A stretch of 64,000 nt of DNA. Source: a virus (lineage: Duplodnaviria > Caudoviricetes). The stretch spans positions 12,134 to 76,133 of IMG/VR virus record IMGVR_UViG_3300033407_000004; one strand, given 5' to 3'. The first letter of the stretch is position 1; the number at the start of each line of letters is the position of its first letter. Below are positions 8,701-18,753 of this stretch, one piece after another. Both the position numbers and the translations under genes were made by a program. Under the pieces are notes generated by a model. The model saw nothing but the letters and a program-made list of their open reading frames with translations. It did not search any database and was not told where the DNA came from.

Positions 8701-11700
8701 CCTGATGGCATGGAACGCCTTGAAGATCATCCCCTTAAAGCTGCTCCATGCGTCGCCAAGGAGCCTCTTCATGCTGGTTGAGAAGACGACATAGTTCTTC
8801 GCGCCGTCGGCATAGACCTTGTGGCCGATGTCAACAAGCTTGTCGTAGGCTTCCTTGGCTACAGGTGAAAGCTTTTTGAGGTCGTTCACCAGTACGTCGA
8901 TGGGGATGCCGGAGTAGAGAATGATGGATGATTTTTTGTTGAACCGTTTGCTCAACGGGATCACGTCGCCCTGGTCGTCGCGGGTGATGGGGTCGGCGGA
9001 CTTTATCTGGTTGGGGTTCAGGGCAACGTATGAATCGCTCCCCTTGTCTTCCTGCTCGTTCGTGTAGACAAACCCATCGTAGCCTTTTTTCTCAAGGATG
9101 CTGTTCAGCGCATCCCATCCCTTTTGGTCGGTTTGTTTCCACGCGGCCCATGCTCGATCTGCCTCTTTGTCGGTAATGATATTTTCTCGGCTCAAATGGC
9201 TCCTGATGCCGTCAAATGTCCATACTCCGAGATCAGGGACTCGCAGAGGATTTTTAATGTCCAAGAACAGGCGCATTGGCTCAATCGTTTTCGGCTGTTT
9301 CTTTGCAAATGCCTTTGCTTCTATTTCTGTTTTGAATGGTCCTTGGCCTTCTCCGCTCATTGGTCCAGAGTCAGCAAATACGAGAAATTCATTTCCGTCT
9401 TTTTCAACGTCATATCCTATATTGAGTTGTCCTGATGCGCGGTCAATAGCTGCCTGCCGAGTTCCGAAGTGAGCCATGCCGCCAGACGCTTCCATGCTGA
9501 ATTCGTTGAAATCGTTATCGGTCCAGTGATACACTGGCCCCACGGTATACCCCGCCCTCTTCGCCGCCTCGTCCACCATCTTCTGCGCGGTTGCGAGATC
9601 GCCGGAGGCTACGGCTTGCAAGTATTCCCGGTCCTGCTCGCGCTGGAAGGGGTTGAGGTTGGAGGTTTCCCGTGATTCCGCCACCCCCCCCCCTCTCCTG
9701 ACAATCCGCTCCTCTCCCGGCGCAAGGTCGGTGCGATCGTAGGGAGTGCCCATGCGTTCGGCTTGGGTCATGTCGGCGCGGGCGGAGACGCGGCGGGCTT
9801 CTTCTTCGCCGGAACTCAGCATGTAATTTCTGTTTGTTTCCGATACAATGCTTTCCGCCATGTCTCGTATTTCACTGGCAAGATTTCTTAAGCGCGTGTT
9901 TTCTCGCGGTGTTCTTTGCGCAAAAGGCTTTTCTTTGAGTGCATCATGTTCTGTCGTGAGTGCGTCGAACTTTGCCTTTGTCTCTGAAGCATTATCAACC
10001 GATGCAGCAATACTTGAACCGCTTGCAAACCCCTCTCGCTCCTGAATGGCGTGCTGGATCTCATGAAGGATACTTGACAAGTGCTCTTTGTATGGCCGCG
10101 CTGAATTCACGGTAATTGTGTCAGTCTTGGTGTTGTAAGACGCCCCTGCCGTCATATCTTTGAATGGGTCTGGCAAGGCAACCCTGATGTTCTTTGCATC
10201 CGGGTATGCTTCGTACAGTGCGGGGTGATCTAATATTTCACTGAGATACACACTCCCCCTACTGCTGTTACTAATTTTTTCTATAATGGAATATTTTGAT
10301 TTCCACTTCGCCCCTTCATCGTCAAGCTCAATCCGCTCCTGCTTATCCGCGAGGTCTGAGAACTTGCCCTGAGCTTCGGAAAAGCCTTTCGCTTTCGGAC
10401 CGACGAATACCCCGCGCTCATTACTCAGTTTATCGCCCAACTCCCTGTTCGCCTTCTTCGCCGCGAAGTAGACTTTCTCCATGAGGTGCTTGAACTTATC
10501 CCACATATCCCCCAAGTGGGATTTCATCGCATTGCGGAAGTCGAAGAACTTTGTTTTCCCTGACTGCAAAACGCCTTGTCCAAGCTCAATGAGTTTGGGG
10601 AGCGCTTCCTTGGAATGAACCTGCGGGTTTCTGCCGATACGGACAGGGGATCCTGCGGCCAGTGAATCGGTGATGGTTGAAGGTGTGGCTATGCTCGCTG
10701 CCGGCTGCTCCGTTTTCCCGCCCTGTTTTGCAGCAAACTTCGCCCTGCTGGCCTCTATGTGAGCGTCCAGTTTTTCCGGGGTGAAGTCTTGCATCCCCAC
10801 CATCAGGGTGCTTTTCGTCTGCGGGTCAGTGAACAGGACGCCGGCCGGAATGCTGCCGGCCCCTTCCTGAACGCCGTTGATCGTCATGCCGCGGCTTTCA
10901 AGTTCGGTTTTGATGTTCTCAGGAACGCCTTCTGTCTTCGCCTTGCTCACTGCCAGCGTAGGAATAGATTCCGATGCCGTGAACTCTTCTGTCGTCCCGT
11001 CCTTGATCTTTACTTTATTGCCGTCATTGGACGTAACTTTGAACGTGTCGATCTCACCCGTAGATTCACTGCGCTTGACTACGGTATCGCCCACGCTGAG
11101 AAGGTCGGCGTCTAGGTTCTGTTCTCCGGTCAAGGCGGCCTTTACCGCCTGCTGCCTGGTCTCCGCGTCCATCGGGAGGCCGCGAAGCTTCTCGGAGTCG
11201 AGTATTTCTTGCGTCTTGGCTCGCATGGGTGATAATTCAGCGGTTCTCCTGTCAATGCCACCTGCAACAGCCACAGAGGGCGTCTCTTGTCCGGGGATAG
11301 CGGGAGTCGCTATAGCTGCTGGTGTCTCAACAGCGGCCACGGGAGCCACGGGAGTAGTGCTTTTCTCTGGAGTTGCTACCTGCTCGATCTGTGCAAGCTC
11401 ATCCTGAAGGAATTGAGCGTACTCCCTGCCCTGAGCCTGACCGTTGGCGATCCGGCTCGCCCATTCCTCGCGGCGCTTCGCCCTGCCTGCTTCGTCGGTG
11501 GCCCATGCCTGTTTCTGCTTCGCGCGGTCGGCCTCGCTCTCCTGGAGGTTCACGGCATCCATTTCGGACTGAATGCCTCGGCTCGCATCTGCCTGCTGCG
11601 CCGCGACTTTGGCGGCTACGGGCTTGCCGGCGGCGATGTTCTTGATGTCGGCAAGGGCGTTGTTGAAGGTTTCTTCGGGGGTGGCTGCTTTTTCGGACTG

Positions 11701-13464
11701 TGCTTCCCCCGGAATCATGTAGTTGTAGCTAGCCAGAAGCTCATCTACGGACACGGGTTCGCCTCGCTCGATGCTTTTTAATGCGTTATCGCGCCAGTTC
11801 CGGGCTATGAGCGGGTTTTCGTTCACTTGGGAGATGGTTTTGGCAACCTCCCTAACCGCCTCGGCTCGGACACCTGGACTCGCATTCACTCCGTACAGCT
11901 TCTTGATAATGCCCCTTTTGTGGACGGCCCCCATACTTGTTCCGAGCAAGCTGAACAGTATTCCGGCACCGGCCGCCGGGGCCATAGAAGCTCTCGCCTC
12001 ACGCCAGGGATCAATCTCGTGAAGGTTCCCATCGTCGTCCTCTCGCTTCAGCCCCGCGCTCTTCTCAATGCTGCCGCCCCAGGCGCTCTGTACGGTTTCC
12101 TCGGCGGTCTCCGTCAATGCAGACTTCCCGGCGCGCTTGGCTATTTCTAGAGGCGATGTCTTAAATATTTGCCTGATTGTGTCCTTAACGGCATTCTTTG
12201 CCGCTGCATTTGCTCCAGGTAACAGTTTTGCTATTCTCGCAATGGCTAAGTTGCCAGCAAACTCAACACCGCCTTCTACCAACGCGGCATAGATGGCCTT
12301 ATCCTTTATAAGTGCTTCTCCGTCTACCCCCTGCTTGTTCAGTTTTTCGATCAACCCCTGCTTCCTAGCGTCTTGGATTACCTGGTCGTACTTCTCGGCA
12401 CCGAACACAGTACCAGCGCCAGCGGCGAAACCGATAGCTGCTCCTACCGGGCCTCCGACTGCGGTGCCAGCGGCCATGGCCGGGACACTTGCGGTTATAG
12501 ACTCGGCAGCGCTCTCGAAGGCTGCCGGGATTACGCCGCGCACACCTCCAGCTTCAGCCTGTTTCGACGGTCGCAGAAACCCTGATTTTCCCGCATCTTC
12601 CGCCCATCCAGAAACAGCGGTGAGTTTCGGAGACGATTCAGGGGTATCTCCGAGCCTGAGCGCACGGGCGCCCATTCCGACGCCTCCGACCACGCCACGG
12701 GAGATTGCCGAAGCAACATCGGTCGCGGCACCAAAAACCCCAGGTCGGTCGGCCGTTTTAGCACTCTTCGCTTCATCGTATAACCGCACATAGCTATCGT
12801 AATCATCAATAAGCCCTTTATGCCGTTCATACACTCGGCTAAACTCTGCGGCAATGTTATTTCTATTTCCTAGCAACCCGTTGAAGGCATCTACTTTTAC
12901 CTTATAATCATTGTAAATGTCCTTTGGCAAGCCAGACGGATAGTTTTTTGCGGTAGAGTCGAGATCGCTTTTTATTTGAGCTAGGTTTTTATCAATTTCG
13001 TCAAGCTTTACTTTCCTTGCGAGAAGGTCGTTTTCGGAGTCTCCGATTGTTTTTTTCTTCGCATCTAAGGCAATAATATTGGGCTGCTCTTCCCATTCTC
13101 CCGTTGCGCCATGTGGAGCTTCCGCAGCCGACAGGCCGCTTATGACTTGGCTGCCAACATCCCCCGCCGCCTTGCTGATATCCGCTTCAGACAGGTTCAT
13201 GCCGGCAGTGGGGGAGAACGCAGACAGGCCGGTAGGGAGTTTTGGCTGAACCGCTTCATGCGCCGGTGCCATGCCGGGGGCTACAGCATGAGACGGAACG
13301 GTATCAACCTCCATCGGAGCTTCGGGCGTCTGCTTGAACAGCGACTTGTACCACGGGGTTTTCTTCTCAACGCCTTCTACCCCTGACAAGTCAATTCCCT
13401 CTATGCCAGACAAATCAACTGCCTCGGGCTTTGATTCCTCTATTCCGGTCAAATCAACGGGCAT
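5764..13464 (-). CDS. Large polyvalent ejection (DNA transfer) protein with LPD23-like, ART-like and LPD38-like domains
   Basis: 2566 aa after two pilot genes; LDHPALYEAYP...LHEIQHAIQ; VYHWT...GYDG...NQIKS; C-terminal NFNRKG...FNPIGG...ENRDWTGRPI. Confidence 0.8.
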   Translation of the reverse strand: MPVDLTGIEESKPEAVDLSGIEGIDLSGVEGVEKKTPWYKSLFKQTPEAPMEVDTVPSHAVAPGMAPAHEAVQPKLPTGLSAFSPTAGMNLSEADISKAAGDVGSQVISGLSAAEAPHGATGEWEEQPNIIALDAKKKTIGDSENDLLARKVKLDEIDKNLAQIKSDLDSTAKNYPSGLPKDIYNDYKVKVDAFNGLLGNRNNIAAEFSRVYERHKGLIDDYDSYVRLYDEAKSAKTADRPGVFGAATDVASAISRGVVGGVGMGARALRLGDTPESSPKLTAVSGWAEDAGKSGFLRPSKQAEAGGVRGVIPAAFESAAESITASVPAMAAGTAVGGPVGAAIGFAAGAGTVFGAEKYDQVIQDARKQGLIEKLNKQGVDGEALIKDKAIYAALVEGGVEFAGNLAIARIAKLLPGANAAAKNAVKDTIRQIFKTSPLEIAKRAGKSALTETAEETVQSAWGGSIEKSAGLKREDDDGNLHEIDPWREARASMAPAAGAGILFSLLGTSMGAVHKRGIIKKLYGVNASPGVRAEAVREVAKTISQVNENPLIARNWRDNALKSIERGEPVSVDELLASYNYMIPGEAQSEKAATPEETFNNALADIKNIAAGKPVAAKVAAQQADASRGIQSEMDAVNLQESEADRAKQKQAWATDEAGRAKRREEWASRIANGQAQGREYAQFLQDELAQIEQVATPEKSTTPVAPVAAVETPAAIATPAIPGQETPSVAVAGGIDRRTAELSPMRAKTQEILDSEKLRGLPMDAETRQQAVKAALTGEQNLDADLLSVGDTVVKRSESTGEIDTFKVTSNDGNKVKIKDGTTEEFTASESIPTLAVSKAKTEGVPENIKTELESRGMTINGVQEGAGSIPAGVLFTDPQTKSTLMVGMQDFTPEKLDAHIEASRAKFAAKQGGKTEQPAASIATPSTITDSLAAGSPVRIGRNPQVHSKEALPKLIELGQGVLQSGKTKFFDFRNAMKSHLGDMWDKFKHLMEKVYFAAKKANRELGDKLSNERGVFVGPKAKGFSEAQGKFSDLADKQERIELDDEGAKWKSKYSIIEKISNSSRGSVYLSEILDHPALYEAYPDAKNIRVALPDPFKDMTAGASYNTKTDTITVNSARPYKEHLSSILHEIQHAIQEREGFASGSSIAASVDNASETKAKFDALTTEHDALKEKPFAQRTPRENTRLRNLASEIRDMAESIVSETNRNYMLSSGEEEARRVSARADMTQAERMGTPYDRTDLAPGEERIVRRGGGVAESRETSNLNPFQREQDREYLQAVASGDLATAQKMVDEAAKRAGYTVGPVYHWTDNDFNEFSMEASGGMAHFGTRQAAIDRASGQLNIGYDVEKDGNEFLVFADSGPMSGEGQGPFKTEIEAKAFAKKQPKTIEPMRLFLDIKNPLRVPDLGVWTFDGIRSHLSRENIITDKEADRAWAAWKQTDQKGWDALNSILEKKGYDGFVYTNEQEDKGSDSYVALNPNQIKSADPITRDDQGDVIPLSKRFNKKSSIILYSGIPIDVLVNDLKKLSPVAKEAYDKLVDIGHKVYADGAKNYVVFSTSMKRLLGDAWSSFKGMIFKAFHAIRDANKRLGQSGALGEGPISREEARRRWEASRAKMMKKAEGVRPKVEEVKAKEEAASVNAENPRNSVSWTEEPSKMDSFIRTMQDKHIDTKRVIAAIKKQVGEIADKFNVYMQEELFHGRTAKKTSDFLEQEIRPLMQEMAKRKIAIADFEEYLHARHAQEANETIAKRNPDNPDMQDGGSGMDTADAQAYLSSLTPENMAAFEALAKKVDAINKETRQTWVEYGLTAQSDVDAMESAYKYYVPLHREDMERGPGIGQGFSVRGPVSKRRTGSKRAVVDILANIASQREKAIIRGEKNRVSTALVGLAFANPNKDFWKVDQPPKIKTLEATVYPWEVVSKAKVEGNFLTKEDAQDFAETIPGSVARKAAKPYVEERVVSMVDPLYKSKENVIIARIPNKKTGIIEEHSVMFNETNERAVRMAAALKNLDADEISHLLGLSAKATRYFASINTQYNPVFGVINLMRDVQSGMLNLSATPLAGKQPIVLKHTVSALRGIYSDIRKKRSGKAPTSQWAQLWEEFQAEGGQTGYRDMFKNSQERGEALQREIKRAMAGKMRMAGRAVMNWLSDYNTVSENAVRLATYKTAIDAGMSKMQAASIAKNLTVNFNRKGQIARQAGSLYAFFNASAQGTARMVETLKGPAGKKIIAGGILLGAMDALMLAAFGFDDDEPPGFIRERSFVIPIGGKKYISIPMPQGFLVLPNLGRLATELLLPGRKDVGKKVTSFAGTVVDAFNPIGGSGLSMQTIAPTVLDPFAALAENRDWTGRPISRPDYNSLNPTPGHTRTKDTASEISKQLSRAINWLSGGTEYQPGVVSPTPDQIDYLIGQATGGVGRELNKVATSTTVLASGEDLPPHKIPLFGRLYGNAASQSAEGSRFYENIILLNKHQNEIEGRLKDGKDIDDYLEAHPEAGLYRLANDIERDVKRFRKLRKELLDDNADKSEIRDIDEMITERMAFLNESVKSANANDDIELTTEEEE

Positions 13465-14525
13465 TATTTTATCCCCTGTTTTGCAAGAGCTGCGTAAATT
13501 TGTTCATCGGAATACTTCGCGTTGTTTTTGTTTGACCTTGCTATCTTAAAAGATGCTTCGAGTGATGCAGATTTACCGCCACTCCCCTTCTGCCCCATCA
13601 CCTGCTCAAGCGCCATGTTCATGTCGATAACAACATCCCCCTTGCCCCTTACCCACTTTTTCTTGCCTACAAGCGGCTTCGCGGCCCTTATATCGGCGGC
13701 GGAAATGCTCGGGTACTTGGTTTTGTAATCTGCGAGGAAGTCCGCGATCTCCTTGTCGGTTTCGCTCGGCTTGGTTGCGCTGGTCGGTTTCCCGGCTTGT
13801 ATCTTAGCCCGCCGATCCTTTCCCTTCTCCCCTTCTTTAAAGCGTCTTTCGTCGTTTACTTCTTTCTGAACCGCTCTCCGGTTGCTTGCAAGCTCTCCCG
13901 TGTACTTTCCGTACACATCGCTGCCGATGAAGGACATCATATCCTGGTGGCTGTATGAGTCGGAAGCGGATAGCCCTATTTCCTTAGCTTCCGGGTCGGA
14001 GTTTACCATAGCCATGACCTTTGACCATTCCGGCTGCATAGCCTGACTAATGGCCTGCTCTGCGGCCTGCCTCATCTCGACATCCCCGATTGTGGCCGGG
14101 TCATATCCCATCTGAGCCGCTATGTCGTCATGCAGCCGTACCATGCTTAGTGCCGGAGCCTCATACTTCTTCTGCACTTCCTTGGCTTTCTCGCGAAGAA
14201 TCTTTTGCTGCTCCTTCTGGTAATCGGTGTACTGCTTCGTCAGTTCCATCCCCTTTACCGGATTAACTTTGTTTACTTCGCCAATCAGGGCGCCCATAAA
14301 CCCAGCCTGATCCATTGTCCCGTCAGGTTTGGCGTATTTCGGTGCAAGGCTCTGCGCGGTGGTCTTCATCCACTCGCTTTCTGCCTGTTTCTTTTCAGCT
14401 TCGTCCAGGTTGAGCGCGTTTATCCGGCTTGCGCGAATGTTATTGACTGTCCCGAGACCTGCGTTGAAGTTCTGTGCGAGGTCGGGGCTTATGGTGACGG
14501 GGTCCATGAGGGAGTTGATTGCCAT
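13464..14525 (-). CDS. Ejection protein (gp20-like position)
   Basis: Helical Q/A/K-rich 353 aa between pilot and large ejection genes. Confidence 0.6.
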   Translation of the reverse strand: MAINSLMDPVTISPDLAQNFNAGLGTVNNIRASRINALNLDEAEKKQAESEWMKTTAQSLAPKYAKPDGTMDQAGFMGALIGEVNKVNPVKGMELTKQYTDYQKEQQKILREKAKEVQKKYEAPALSMVRLHDDIAAQMGYDPATIGDVEMRQAAEQAISQAMQPEWSKVMAMVNSDPEAKEIGLSASDSYSHQDMMSFIGSDVYGKYTGELASNRRAVQKEVNDERRFKEGEKGKDRRAKIQAGKPTSATKPSETDKEIADFLADYKTKYPSISAADIRAAKPLVGKKKWVRGKGDVVIDMNMALEQVMGQKGSGGKSASLEASFKIARSNKNNAKYSDEQIYAALAKQGIK

Positions 14526-14548
14526 GCTTAACCTCCGATATTTGATAA

Positions 14549-15739
14549 TTAAGTCGTTTTAGTGGGGTACAGCGAATTGTACTTGTTGCCGGCCTTCGAT
14601 CCGTAATACATCCCGGCTGCCTGTGCGCCGAGATTAAGAAGCGTATTGATCTGATTCGGGAGAAAGTTGTTTTCCATGATGCTTGCGTTCGCATCCATGC
14701 CCGCCTCGTTGGTTTTTGCGCCTGCTACGCTGTTATTGCCCTGCATCCCCACATTGGCTATGTTCCATGCGTTATTTGTGGTGTTATCTGCCGTGCGGTT
14801 TGCGCCGGTGCCGATAGCATTGGAAACCTGAAGATTCCCGCCCATGGTAGCGTTAAGAACATCCCTCCCGCCTTGAACCTCCACGTCACCTAATTTCATA
14901 GCGTTGTTGCTCTCGTTACTCTTGACCTTCCAAATATTTTCCGACTCGGCGCCTGCAAGTCCTGAGCGAGCGGTATTGAGAGAGCCGGTGGCTCCAAGCC
15001 CCTGAGTTGAAAGGCCCATGAGACGGTTCACCATAGCACTAAATTCTTGAGATCCAGCATGTTGACCATAATCAATAAGGTCGGTCGCCGTTTTTCCGGA
15101 AAGGAGGTTCCCATTTCCGATAGCTGATCGCTCAAGTGTTTTTTGCCCTTGCTCCAGCCTCCACAAATACGACGGATCAGTTTCCAGCGCGTTCTTTGCC
15201 GCTTCTTCCCCGTCAAATCCCATCAGCGCGTTGATCCTAGTATTCGCCTTTTGCCCTGTCTGTATCCAGGGGGCAAGGTTTTGGTGAATATCTTCATAAG
15301 CCGCCCTGAAAATAGCATTGCTCGTATCCGCGCCTTCCTGAATGGCCTTGTTTGATACGGCAATGGCGTTTTGCGTCGCGGTTATGGCATCGGCTTTTGA
15401 CTTTTCGGCGGCGGCAATGTTCGCGGCGGTCGCTTCCTTCGCGGCCTTAATACTGTCTAGGTTTGCTTTGTCTTGGGCGTCAGAGGAAATCTTAGCCGCG
15501 TCTATCATGCCCTGATAGTTTTTGTCAGCAGCGTACTGTGCGGCAGAGGTTCCAGCGGCCCCCGCCTCGCGCATAGCCTGCGCATTTTTATCTGTTGCGT
15601 CTTTTGGGATGAAGTATAGCGGTTCGGCAAGACCTCCTGTCATGAGGTCCACCCCTACCCGTGTTATATCTTTAGTCTCTGTATTTTCATTGAAAGTGTC
15701 CTTAGCGTTGTTCCATTCTCTTTGTAAGCTGAAGCCCAT
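14549..15739 (-). CDS. DNA transfer/pilot protein (P22 gp7-like)
   Basis: NLAPWIQTGQKA, DPSYLWRLEQG, SGNLLSGKT-like GNLLSGKT motif; A/G/N-rich. Confidence 0.75.
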   Translation of the reverse strand: MGFSLQREWNNAKDTFNENTETKDITRVGVDLMTGGLAEPLYFIPKDATDKNAQAMREAGAAGTSAAQYAADKNYQGMIDAAKISSDAQDKANLDSIKAAKEATAANIAAAEKSKADAITATQNAIAVSNKAIQEGADTSNAIFRAAYEDIHQNLAPWIQTGQKANTRINALMGFDGEEAAKNALETDPSYLWRLEQGQKTLERSAIGNGNLLSGKTATDLIDYGQHAGSQEFSAMVNRLMGLSTQGLGATGSLNTARSGLAGAESENIWKVKSNESNNAMKLGDVEVQGGRDVLNATMGGNLQVSNAIGTGANRTADNTTNNAWNIANVGMQGNNSVAGAKTNEAGMDANASIMENNFLPNQINTLLNLGAQAAGMYYGSKAGNKYNSLYPTKTT

Positions 15740-15749
15740 AACTCACCCC

Positions 15750-16034
15750 CTAGTGGACAATTTTCCTGAAATCACCAGTTCTATACTCATCCCCCACAAT
15801 CAACCCAGCCGCCAGCGCCGCCGCATTGTCGGCATGTTCCGGCACCCCTTGAACATTGAACGGCTCCGAGAACGTCAGTTTGCTGTCTCGCAGGGAGAGG
15901 TAGCGGAAAAAGTTTTCCAACTTTCCGAACCATGGAAGCCAGCGTTCGTAAAGGCGATATGACTTCTCGCCGTTTTCACTTACTGCGATAGGCATTCTTG
16001 GGTCTATTTTGGGGAATTTTTCTACCGTTGCCAT
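15750..16034 (-). CDS. Tail-associated hypothetical protein
   Basis: RBS, position after gp10-like gene; LAAGLIVGDEYRTG. Confidence 0.55.
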   Translation of the reverse strand: MATVEKFPKIDPRMPIAVSENGEKSYRLYERWLPWFGKLENFFRYLSLRDSKLTFSEPFNVQGVPEHADNAAALAAGLIVGDEYRTGDFRKIVH

Positions 16035-16042
16035 GGTTACTC

Positions 16043-17452
16043 CTATCCGATGTTCGCGTAAGCTCCAATTATGTTACACTGAACCGAATCCGATACCGTG
16101 ATTCTGAACGTCCAACCGTTCCGAGATTGACCCAACTGATGCCACTCAGCGCGGGCGCTGTACTCTCCGATTTTACCGATTGTGCGCCAGCCCATATCGA
16201 TAAAGGTATGACCACCGTCTCGGGAAACCTCCAACATGCACAGCGGGTCCGACCCCTGCCCCGTCACAAGTCCCACACCCGGCTCGAAGTCTATGTGCAG
16301 CTTGTTGATCCTAAGCGGGAGGCCGTTGCTTGTCAAATGCTGGGTCGTCCGCTGCTTGATAACCGGATCGCCCGTATCGCTGTACGCTCCAAAACCAACC
16401 TTGTAAAGTTTTCCAGTGGTCGTATCACCCATTACATGTTCACCATTCAAAACGCAGTGATAGGCCGCCTTGAAACTGTCATACCCATAGGACCGCCACT
16501 CAGCCCACAGCCCGGTTGCCGCATCAAACACCCACGTCGCCCCGCCGGTCGGGAAGGTGAACCCGATGAACGTATGACCCTCAAGCGTGAAGCTCCACCC
16601 GATGCAGTCTGAGATGGTGGAATACTGCCCGATCTGGTAGTCGATGGCAGGAGTAGATACTTTGGCCGGCACACCTCCTGTTGAGCGCACAATGCCGTAG
16701 AAGCCCTCTCCGTTCTGTCCCGGCCAGTACAGGGCATTGTCGGCGGCAATGGCTCCCCAGCGAGCACCAAGGCCGATGTTATCCCGCTGCCTGGGGAGGA
16801 AAGGGAAGCCTGTAGCCCCGACGTTGGCATAGTTGTAAATCTCGTTCGTGCTGATCCCCATCAAATGCAGGTCGCTATGAATCGCCATGACCCTTACCAA
16901 GTCGTCCGGGTCGCCCTCGGCGGTCGCTACGTCCAGCCCGCTCCATGAGGTGAAATCCCTGATGCCGCTTGACTGAGCGATGCCGGAATTCAGCTTATTC
17001 GTGACTCCAAACTGGTCGATGAAGCATATACTGTCTCCCCCCAAGCACCCGCCGCCGACTGCCGCGAAGGCGGTAGAACTCAGGGTGTAACTGTAGAGCT
17101 TCGTTCCGTCAGCCATGCCGATTTGGAGGCCGTTCCATGCCAGTTCGACCGTCCCGGAATTGGTGTCCAGCGTCCCTCGCAACGTCGGCTGTCCGTCCGG
17201 GCGCACTTCCCAGAAGTTCGAGCCTTGTACCGTGTAGATATTCCCGTCTACTGAAATCTCACCCCTGATAGGCGCGGCACCCAGGTTCACCAGCACGGAC
17301 TTGAGCACGGGACGGCCCATGAGGGATAGGACGGCTTTTCCTCCTGCCCGATCGACAAGATGGCAAAGGTTGACGCATGTCTGGGCGTTCAATCCTTTGG
17401 CCGGACCTTCGTATGCAGGCCCGGCTATGGAAATTGGGATAGTCTTCCCCAT
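16043..17452 (-). CDS. Tail hub / packaged DNA stabilization protein (P22 gp10-like)
   Basis: DVATAEGDPDDL, TWVFDAATGLWAE, LEVSRDGGHTF...IGKIGEY. Confidence 0.85.
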   Translation of the reverse strand: MGKTIPISIAGPAYEGPAKGLNAQTCVNLCHLVDRAGGKAVLSLMGRPVLKSVLVNLGAAPIRGEISVDGNIYTVQGSNFWEVRPDGQPTLRGTLDTNSGTVELAWNGLQIGMADGTKLYSYTLSSTAFAAVGGGCLGGDSICFIDQFGVTNKLNSGIAQSSGIRDFTSWSGLDVATAEGDPDDLVRVMAIHSDLHLMGISTNEIYNYANVGATGFPFLPRQRDNIGLGARWGAIAADNALYWPGQNGEGFYGIVRSTGGVPAKVSTPAIDYQIGQYSTISDCIGWSFTLEGHTFIGFTFPTGGATWVFDAATGLWAEWRSYGYDSFKAAYHCVLNGEHVMGDTTTGKLYKVGFGAYSDTGDPVIKQRTTQHLTSNGLPLRINKLHIDFEPGVGLVTGQGSDPLCMLEVSRDGGHTFIDMGWRTIGKIGEYSARAEWHQLGQSRNGWTFRITVSDSVQCNIIGAYANIG

Positions 17453-18204
17453 CAGCTTTCAAACGGCACATTCCAGCCGCCACCTGAAGACCCCTTGCTG
17501 AACATCGGAACGCTCATGTTTTTCCTCACCGGCTGAACATGCTTCATTTGCAGCCGAGCCCTGATCTGCTGAAGCATTGCCGCAACCACCGGCGGGACAG
17601 CCTCCCCGTGCTTCGGCGCCAACCGGATGGTCAGTTCACAGGAAAGAAGCTCTTTGTAGCCTGCTGGGAATGAAACTTCGGTCGTCAGGTCGGCAAAGCT
17701 CGTGAACGGCTTGAAACTCGCAACATGCAGCGTCAGCCCGGATATCGGCGGAGAATAGAGATAAATGCGCCCGAGAGGATACTGAGGGTCATAGTAAAGA
17801 TATTCAGGATGAGAGCTTATGCCTGAACCTGATTTTTGGAAAAGAGTCCGGTACTCCTCGCGGGCCATCGGCAGCAAGTATCTATCCTGATCGTCGGCGT
17901 CTCGCGTGAAGCAGCTCCGAGCCTCGATGCTATCCGGCCGCGTCGTGTTGAAATCCCCGTTCGCCCCGATGGTGTACGACTCCTGATCGGCGGTGAGCGC
18001 GAAGCTCTCAAGCGTGAGGTACGGGATCATCAGGCCGTCAACACTCAGGGTATCCAGCATGAAGTTTAGCGTCCGCAAGGTGTTCGTCGCCAAGTTCGCG
18101 CTCAGGGGTTGCTCAGGGTGGACTACGCCTATATTTTCGAGCGCCTCCTGACATATATCATTGGCGGTCGTGCTCTGTAGTGGGGTAAGTTCGATGGTTG
18201 ACAT
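17452..18204 (-). CDS. Head-tail adaptor (P22 gp4-like)
   Basis: TANDICQEALENIGV...LNFMLDTL, FPAGYKELL...LAPKHG. Confidence 0.8.
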   Translation of the reverse strand: MSTIELTPLQSTTANDICQEALENIGVVHPEQPLSANLATNTLRTLNFMLDTLSVDGLMIPYLTLESFALTADQESYTIGANGDFNTTRPDSIEARSCFTRDADDQDRYLLPMAREEYRTLFQKSGSGISSHPEYLYYDPQYPLGRIYLYSPPISGLTLHVASFKPFTSFADLTTEVSFPAGYKELLSCELTIRLAPKHGEAVPPVVAAMLQQIRARLQMKHVQPVRKNMSVPMFSKGSSGGGWNVPFES

Positions 18205-18213
18205 GCGTTCTCC

Positions 18214-18753
18214 CTACATGCGCCCTATTACGCGCCATGTGCCCGACCTCGCGGCCCACACAAACCCCTCGGTTTGGAGGCTCAACGTCGCATCCTGCTC
18301 GAAATCGGCGTCACCGGTCAAAGCTACGGTGTATTCAGAAGTGTCGATCTTCTTGAACGCGAAAGAATCGCTTTCGCTCACTCCTGCGATGTCCGGCATG
18401 GTGTGTGATTGGTTACCCGTGGTGCAGTCGCAATCGTAATATCCGCCTTCGGTAATCGCCGTGCTCTCGGTTAGAGTTTCGATGGAGTCCCCGCCCGTGG
18501 TGATCTGGAAATTGCGCTCCCACTCCTCCTGATACGATCCGTGGACAAACTTGGCGTCGTAGAATCCAGCGGCCAGGAAACAGCTTGCAACTCCGTTGGC
18601 GTCGGTAGTCAACGGGTTGGACAAGTCCCCTCCTGACGCGCTGCTATAGAGCGTGGCCTCGGTGTCCGTGCCGGTCTCGTAGATATAGACCGCTACCCCT
18701 TCAATGCCGGCTCCGCTGCTCTGGACAGTGAATGTCTTGACGCCGTAGGGCAT
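18214..18753 (-). CDS. Particle-binding-domain protein (fibre/spike adaptor paralog)
   Basis: GVAVYIYETGTDTEATLYS...NPLTTDANG. Confidence 0.65.
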   Translation of the reverse strand: MPYGVKTFTVQSSGAGIEGVAVYIYETGTDTEATLYSSASGGDLSNPLTTDANGVASCFLAAGFYDAKFVHGSYQEEWERNFQITTGGDSIETLTESTAITEGGYYDCDCTTGNQSHTMPDIAGVSESDSFAFKKIDTSEYTVALTGDADFEQDATLSLQTEGFVWAARSGTWRVIGRM

